Shown here: piece after piece, positions 56,802-64,000 of the stretch
How the letters are laid out: every line of letters begins with the position of its first letter
How positions within the stretch are numbered: position 1 is the stretch's first letter
Notes under the pieces: generated by a model
What the model was told of the DNA's origin: nothing
The model's database searches: none
What the model saw: only the letters and a program-made list of their open reading frames with translations
Program-made: the position numbers and the translations under genes
Assembly: GCA_040221475.1 (NCBI GenBank)
Contig: JAVKEJ010000053.1
Location: 648,918-712,917 of the forward strand
Reading direction: 5' to 3'
DNA from: Rhodospirillaceae bacterium
GTDB lineage: Bacteria > Pseudomonadota > Alphaproteobacteria > Rhodospirillales > Rhodospirillaceae
Length of the DNA: 64,000 nucleotides

Positions 56802-59291
56802 TTAGAAGTTAAATGTGGTCCGAATGCCAATCTGGCGCTTGTCCGGCAATTGAGCCTGCAAGGCGTTTTCCAGAACGAAGGTAAACGGTGGTGGGAAGAA
56901 CCCAAAGCCAATGGTGTTGAAGTCCGTTGTATTAAACGCCTGCTTCACCGTGTCGTCGTTGAACAAATTGTTTGCGAACGCAACGACGCTCCAGTTATCA
57001 GATGTTAATCCAGCCCGCAGATCAACCATCCAATACCCCTGTAACTGGAGAATGTTGTCGGCTGTATCAAAGCGATTGGTTTGATACTGAACATCAGTCT
57101 CAATCAACCAGTTGATATCATCAACGAGAGGGCGTTCATAACTCGCTCCGAGAACAAGGGAGTGCTTCGCCACACCTTCCAAGCGGTTGCCGGTACGGTC
57201 AAGCTCACAACTGAGTGACGTGCCGACTGTAACCACAGTACAGTTGCCAACGGCGGCAATTGCAGCAACACCGCTGCTGTTGGTCTTGAAGTCACCGTAG
57301 GTCGCGTCAATGTAAGAATATCCGGCCGACAAGTTCATGCCCTCAACAGGCGCCCAGGCGGCATCAATCTCTAGGCCCTTAACCTCGGCAGACGACGCGT
57401 TAACAGTGCGTGTCCCAACCAGACCATTAGAGAGCTGAACTTGAGATGAGGTCTGCTTGCCGGAGAAGTCTTCATAATAAACAGCAGCGTTGAGGACGAC
57501 CTTGCCCTCGTCCCAGGATGTCTTCGTTCCCAACTCATAAACCCACATGCTTTCACGATCAAAAGCAAACCCCTGTGGATCAAATCCGGAAGCGCCGGCG
57601 CCGACGGTGCTGATCCCCCCTGGCTTCGCACCCTTAGCGACAGAGCCGTAAAACAGCATGTCTTCGTTGGCGGCGTATTCAATCGAGAACCGCGGCGTGA
57701 AGAAACTGTCCGAAGCATTTGCCGGGATACTCGGAGAGGACGCAGGAACCAACACAGGGATAAACGGTGGATTAATACCCAAAGCATCAACAATACGTGG
57801 GCCTGATGGGCCAGCGATAAACTGCTTCTCATCCGTGTAGCGGCCTTCAACGTGCAGAGTCAGAGCTTCAGTAATGTCATACTCGAGCATACCGAAAGCT
57901 GACCAATGCTCTGTGTTTCTTATCCAGTTGTTCGGGTCAGAATCACCCACTGCCGCAAAAGAGGGGCCGCACGGAATAAACGGTGCAAATGGGAAGACCT
58001 GATTATTGGTACAGGCAATGTTGTTCGAATCCTGATCAACATTCTCATCCCAGTACAAACCGCCAACCATCCAGCGAAAACGCTCGTCGCCATTAGACTG
58101 CAGACGAATTTCCTCACTGAACAGGCGCGTATCAGTCGCAACACGGAAGATCGTACCAGAATTCTGTGCCGCAAAACTACCTTGCCTGTGGTTTTCAGTG
58201 GCCTGAGACACGTCAGCTTTGGCGTAATGGGTTGAAGAGATGAAGGAAGCAAATCCAAGATCCCAATCCAGAGTGCCAGCAATGCGGAAAATCTGACGCT
58301 CACTGCCACGGAACTCTTCACCCGTAATCGGGTCCTCAGAGAGCGTTAGGGCCGGCAGGTCTTTGCCGTCTGGCACCTTACCCACAAAACCACCGACAGA
58401 CACAACGGAGGGACTGATCACACCATTCCCTGAAAAAGGAATCGTCGGGAAGGCAGACGTTGGAATCGCCAACTGCGTGTTTTGACCAACAAAGGTAAAC
58501 GCCGATTGACCAATGTGGTCATCGGTGTACTCAGCCCGCGTCGTGAAAGAGACATCTTCGTTGAAGTTGGTGATCGACGACAGGGCAACACCGAAGCCAT
58601 CGCTATCGGCGACATCTGCACCGGTCGTGGAATTGTCATAGAACCCATCAAAGTTCCATACCGAGGCATTGACGCCGATCAGGAATTTATCTTCAACAAT
58701 CGGACCATACAGACCGACAGAGGCTTCCACTTGGTTGCGCTGACCGCCATTGAGCGAGACCTTGCCTTCCCATTCGTTGGTGGGCTTCTTGGTGACGTAG
58801 TTAATCGCACCAGCAAACGCCGAGCGACCATACAATGCACTCTGCGGGCCTTTGACGATTTCAACACGCTCAAGATCAAACAGGCGTGAGTTAATCAGCA
58901 GCGATCCGCCAGCGGATTGCACCGACTCAGACGACACGTCCACACCATCAAGCAGCAACGCCACGTTGGGACGTCCGCGAGACGGGGCGAGACCACGAAT
59001 GGTCACCCGCACATCCTGCGGGAACGTGCCTTGGTCAACGGTCACCCCCGAAGTCAAGCGTGCGATGTCTTCAATGCTATTCAGACCTTTGCGCTCTAAG
59101 GTTTCTGCCGTGAAGGTTTTAATGACCAACGGAATATCCTGCAGGTTTTCAGACCGCTTACGTGTGGTCACGATAATTTCTTCAAGAGCCACCTGCGATA
59201 AAGCCGGTGCGGCATCCACGGCGGTCAACGCCCCAATGACTGCGAGTGATGCAGCTGTTCTTTTAAGCGATAAATGCGACCCGTAGGCCAT
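56802..59291 (-). CDS. TonB-dependent receptor
   Basis: Signal peptide, plug region (LEEIIVTTRKRSENLQDIPL, VEIVKGPQSALYGRSAFAGAINYVTK), long beta-barrel, terminal ..IRTTFNF. Confidence 0.9.
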   Translation of the reverse strand: MAYGSHLSLKRTAASLAVIGALTAVDAAPALSQVALEEIIVTTRKRSENLQDIPLVIKTFTAETLERKGLNSIEDIARLTSGVTVDQGTFPQDVRVTIRGLAPSRGRPNVALLLDGVDVSSESVQSAGGSLLINSRLFDLERVEIVKGPQSALYGRSAFAGAINYVTKKPTNEWEGKVSLNGGQRNQVEASVGLYGPIVEDKFLIGVNASVWNFDGFYDNSTTGADVADSDGFGVALSSITNFNEDVSFTTRAEYTDDHIGQSAFTFVGQNTQLAIPTSAFPTIPFSGNGVISPSVVSVGGFVGKVPDGKDLPALTLSEDPITGEEFRGSERQIFRIAGTLDWDLGFASFISSTHYAKADVSQATENHRQGSFAAQNSGTIFRVATDTRLFSEEIRLQSNGDERFRWMVGGLYWDENVDQDSNNIACTNNQVFPFAPFIPCGPSFAAVGDSDPNNWIRNTEHWSAFGMLEYDITEALTLHVEGRYTDEKQFIAGPSGPRIVDALGINPPFIPVLVPASSPSIPANASDSFFTPRFSIEYAANEDMLFYGSVAKGAKPGGISTVGAGASGFDPQGFAFDRESMWVYELGTKTSWDEGKVVLNAAVYYEDFSGKQTSSQVQLSNGLVGTRTVNASSAEVKGLEIDAAWAPVEGMNLSAGYSYIDATYGDFKTNSSGVAAIAAVGNCTVVTVGTSLSCELDRTGNRLEGVAKHSLVLGASYERPLVDDINWLIETDVQYQTNRFDTADNILQLQGYWMVDLRAGLTSDNWSVVAFANNLFNDDTVKQAFNTTDFNTIGFGFFPPPFTFVLENALQAQLPDKRQIGIRTTFNF

Positions 59292-59649
59292 TGGCGTATC
59301 CTCCCCAGGAAAACCGATTTTAAAATCGATATAGAAAAAACGAATAGATTAGTAATAGCCCTGCATACAATCAGTGGTTCCGTCATAAATCGGAAACCAA
59401 CTTTAAGGGCATGACCACATAATGGTCAGGCTCTTTCGCGCCATAGCTCACTTCACGAGCTAGAACTATCTCTTTAATGGCCCCCATATTGCGCTCTGGT
59501 CACCGCATCAGAAGAAGAATTCTCTCACCCGCGACATTCACACGATTTTCACATGCCATTCGCCGCCTGAGTCAGGTATCAAGTTCGCCGATCAAGACAT
59601 CCTCAACATTGTCTCGACCGTACAAAGGGTTTACACCAAACCCACACCA

Positions 59650-59664
59650 GAACATAAGAAGAAC
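59650..59664 (+). promoter_or_regulatory. Candidate alphaproteobacterial SOS (LexA) box in front of uvrA
   Basis: GAAC-ATAAGAA-GAAC, an exact match to the GAAC-N7-GAAC (GTTC-N7-GTTC) direct repeat. It ends 5 nt before the GTG start at 59670. Confidence 0.55.
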
Positions 59665-59669
59665 GTATC

Positions 59670-62606
<2,937 letters not shown>

Positions 62607-62686
62607 ACACCTCCCCCTCACGCGATCTTTCGACCCGCACTGATGTATTGTCATGCGTAACGTTATGCAATACAATATAAGGTAAT

Positions 62687-62965
62687 ATGATTCAGACTTT
62701 TCGTCACCGTGGCCTCAAGCGTCTTTACGAACGCGGCGACCGCAGCAAGGTCCCAAGCACCCTGCGCGACCGCATCGAAGATGCCATGGCTCTGTTGGAT
62801 GTCGCCTCGTCACCGCAAGACCTTGATTTGCCTGGTTTTCGTCTGCATCCCTTGAAAGGCACGTTGAAAGGATTTCACAGCATCACCCTCTCAGGAAACT
62901 GGCGCTTGGTTTTTCGCCTTGTCGATGGCCATGCCAATGACGTTGATCTGCTGGATTACCATTGA
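62687..62965 (+). CDS. higB: HigB-type toxin (RelE/ParE superfamily, plasmid maintenance killer protein family)
   Basis: MIQTFRHRGLKRLYERGD...LHPLKG.LKG.HSI.LSGNWRLVFR pattern typical of the HigB killer protein. Toxin-first gene order. Confidence 0.8.
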   Translation: MIQTFRHRGLKRLYERGDRSKVPSTLRDRIEDAMALLDVASSPQDLDLPGFRLHPLKGTLKGFHSITLSGNWRLVFRLVDGHANDVDLLDYH

Positions 62966-62998
62966 GACAAAAACACATATCACCACAAGGATAAAACA

Positions 62999-63283
62999 AT
63001 GCCGATGCACACCCCACCCCATCCCGGGCGCCTGATAAAACAAAGCTGTCTTGAGGCGCTGGACCTAACCGTGACCGACGGCGCGAAAGCCTTGGACGTG
63101 GCACGCCCAACCCTGTCGAATCTGCTGAATGGCAAAGCCGCGATCTCACCAGAAATGGCGATCAGATTAGAAAAAGCGTTCGGCGGCACCGCCGATGCCT
63201 GGGTGCGCCTTCAAGCGGCCTATGACCTCGCCATCGCCCGGAAGACGGAAAAGAAAATCAAAGTCAGCCGTGTCGCCGCCTGA
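62999..63283 (+). CDS. higA: HigA-type antitoxin (XRE-family HTH)
   Basis: [55 protein letters not shown], a typical HigA HTH. Confidence 0.8.
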   Translation: MPMHTPPHPGRLIKQSCLEALDLTVTDGAKALDVARPTLSNLLNGKAAISPEMAIRLEKAFGGTADAWVRLQAAYDLAIARKTEKKIKVSRVAA

Positions 63284-63290
63284 CGACTTT

Positions 63291-63371
63291 ACCGGCACCC
63301 CGGAAGAGATCGCCAAAATCAAAGCGCGTTATACGGGCCAGTATTTGAAAGCCTATTTGGTGAAGGCGTAA
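63291..63371 (+). pseudogene. Orphan second copy of the uvrA 3' end (last 26 codons plus stop)
   Basis: 81 nt, identical at 77 positions to 62526..62606. It would read [26 protein letters not shown], against the genuine uvrA terminus [26 protein letters not shown]. Confidence 0.85.
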
Positions 63372-63522
63372 CAGTTTGCGGAAGACTTAACAGACGAACG
63401 CGCCAAGCCATCTCCCCCCCCTGTCATTCGCCGGCTTGACCGGCGAATCCATAATCTCTGTCACTTTTTTGTGACGTGAGTGATCCGAACGATAAAAAAG
63501 CAAACCCTCAACACCAAAAATA

Positions 63523-63551
63523 TTGACATTTGTACATACATTTATACATAC
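63523..63551 (+). promoter_or_regulatory. Candidate sigma-70 promoter of brnTA
   Basis: TTGACA-N16-TACATA about 20 nt before ATG 63573. ACATAC is repeated in the spacer and the -10 region (possible operator). Confidence 0.4.
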
Positions 63552-63572
63552 TAAGTGTGTGAGAACTGGAAC

Positions 63573-63923
63573 ATGACCAGCACAGTCACCGGCTTTGAGT
63601 GGGACGATGCCAACCGCGAAAAATGCCGCAAACACGGCCTAACGCGAGAAGAGATAGAAAGCGTGTTTCAAGAAACGGTCATGGTTCTGCCGGACCCGGA
63701 TCATTCGATTGGCGAGCAGCGGTTCCGCGCGATTGGTCGAACAAACATTGGTCAACCAAACACTGTGCTAACAGACAGTCGGCCAGCAAAGGCAAATCGA
63801 TATGTCTTCGTTGTGTTCACTTTAAGAATACGGAGCGGGCAAACTTACATCCGTCCCATCTCCGCCCGTTATATGCACCGGAAAGAAATTGACCGTTATG
63901 AAAAAGAAAATTCCAACCTTTAA
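63573..63923 (+). CDS. brnT: BrnT-family (DUF497) toxin
   Basis: FEWDDANREKCRKHGLTREEIESVF...RFRAIG...IRPISARYMHRKE pattern of DUF497. Start set to MTSTV. Confidence 0.75.
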   Translation: MTSTVTGFEWDDANREKCRKHGLTREEIESVFQETVMVLPDPDHSIGEQRFRAIGRTNIGQPNTVLTDSRPAKANRYVFVVFTLRIRSGQTYIRPISARYMHRKEIDRYEKENSNL

Positions 63924-64000
63924 GACCGATAAGGACGCAGAAGACTTCGTCGATAAAGCCGATCTGTCAGAGTACGATCTGTCCGGCGCGACGCCCATGC
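63898..64000 (+). CDS. brnA: BrnA-family antitoxin, N-terminal part (runs off the window)
   Basis: My translation from ATG 63898 is MKKKIPTFKTDKDAEDFVDKADLSEYDLSGATPM, the usual BrnA N-terminus. It overlaps the brnT 3' end by 26 nt. Confidence 0.6.
   Translation, partial: MKKKIPTFKTDKDAEDFVDKADLSEYDLSGATPM

Noticed and set aside
59292-59480. Cobalamin or TPP riboswitch upstream of the TonB-dependent receptor
   Set aside because: The leader has AACCACTG but not the B12-box GCCACTG context, and no TPP CTGAGA/ACCTGA elements. Only generic hairpins and a palindrome are present.
63387-63635. 82-aa minus-strand ORF between higA and brnT
   Set aside because: It overlaps the brnT promoter and 5' end. 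It has no motifs and is explained by the TA promoter region and the uvrA remnant.

Overview
This 64-kb window is chromosomal DNA, most likely from a marine alphaproteobacterium. That assignment is an inference from the mfd-sdhE-recG synteny, a GAAC-N7-GAAC SOS box in front of uvrA, and the overall protein families. I found no rRNA genes, CRISPR arrays, transposases or integrases.

The right half (about 33-64 kb) is mainly housekeeping:
- mfd, sdhE and recG
- a GldA/F/G-like ABC operon with a DUF4340 gene
- tRNA-Lys, ppiA, coaD, gyrA, ssb and uvrA
- two type II toxin-antitoxin modules (higBA, brnTA) packed behind uvrA

The left half (about 1.7-32 kb) begins beside tRNA-Ser and is a compositionally mosaic accessory region containing:
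- a pyrogallol-hydroxytransferase-like molybdoenzyme pair
- two tandem CN-hydrolase paralogs
- two MFS transporters
- amtB with a near-perfect sigma-54 promoter
- a SulP transporter and a Rieske oxygenase
- a block at about 8.8-23.9 kb, which I consider the most interesting part of the window

That block holds three tandem ~400-aa SAM-methyltransferase paralogs, two of them with twin-arginine leaders, and three DUF1838 paralogs, two of them with twin-arginine leaders. It also holds a Sec-signal tandem-DUF1330 protein, a signal-anchored FGE/SUMF1-like protein, and a signal-peptide SDR that has lost its catalytic core. A pseudo-hydrolase and two receiver-domain proteins with substituted phospho-acceptor residues complete it. 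I know of no characterised pathway with this composition.

Other points of note:
- an SCP2-like N-terminal fusion on the molybdoenzyme
- a CYTH-CHAD / ParA-like / Tat-M24 operon lying between ssb and uvrA
- two perfect tandem DnaA boxes
- a duplicated tRNA-Lys 3' end
- a higBA cassette bracketed by two copies of the uvrA 3' end

All family assignments come from reading motifs by eye. No database search was run.
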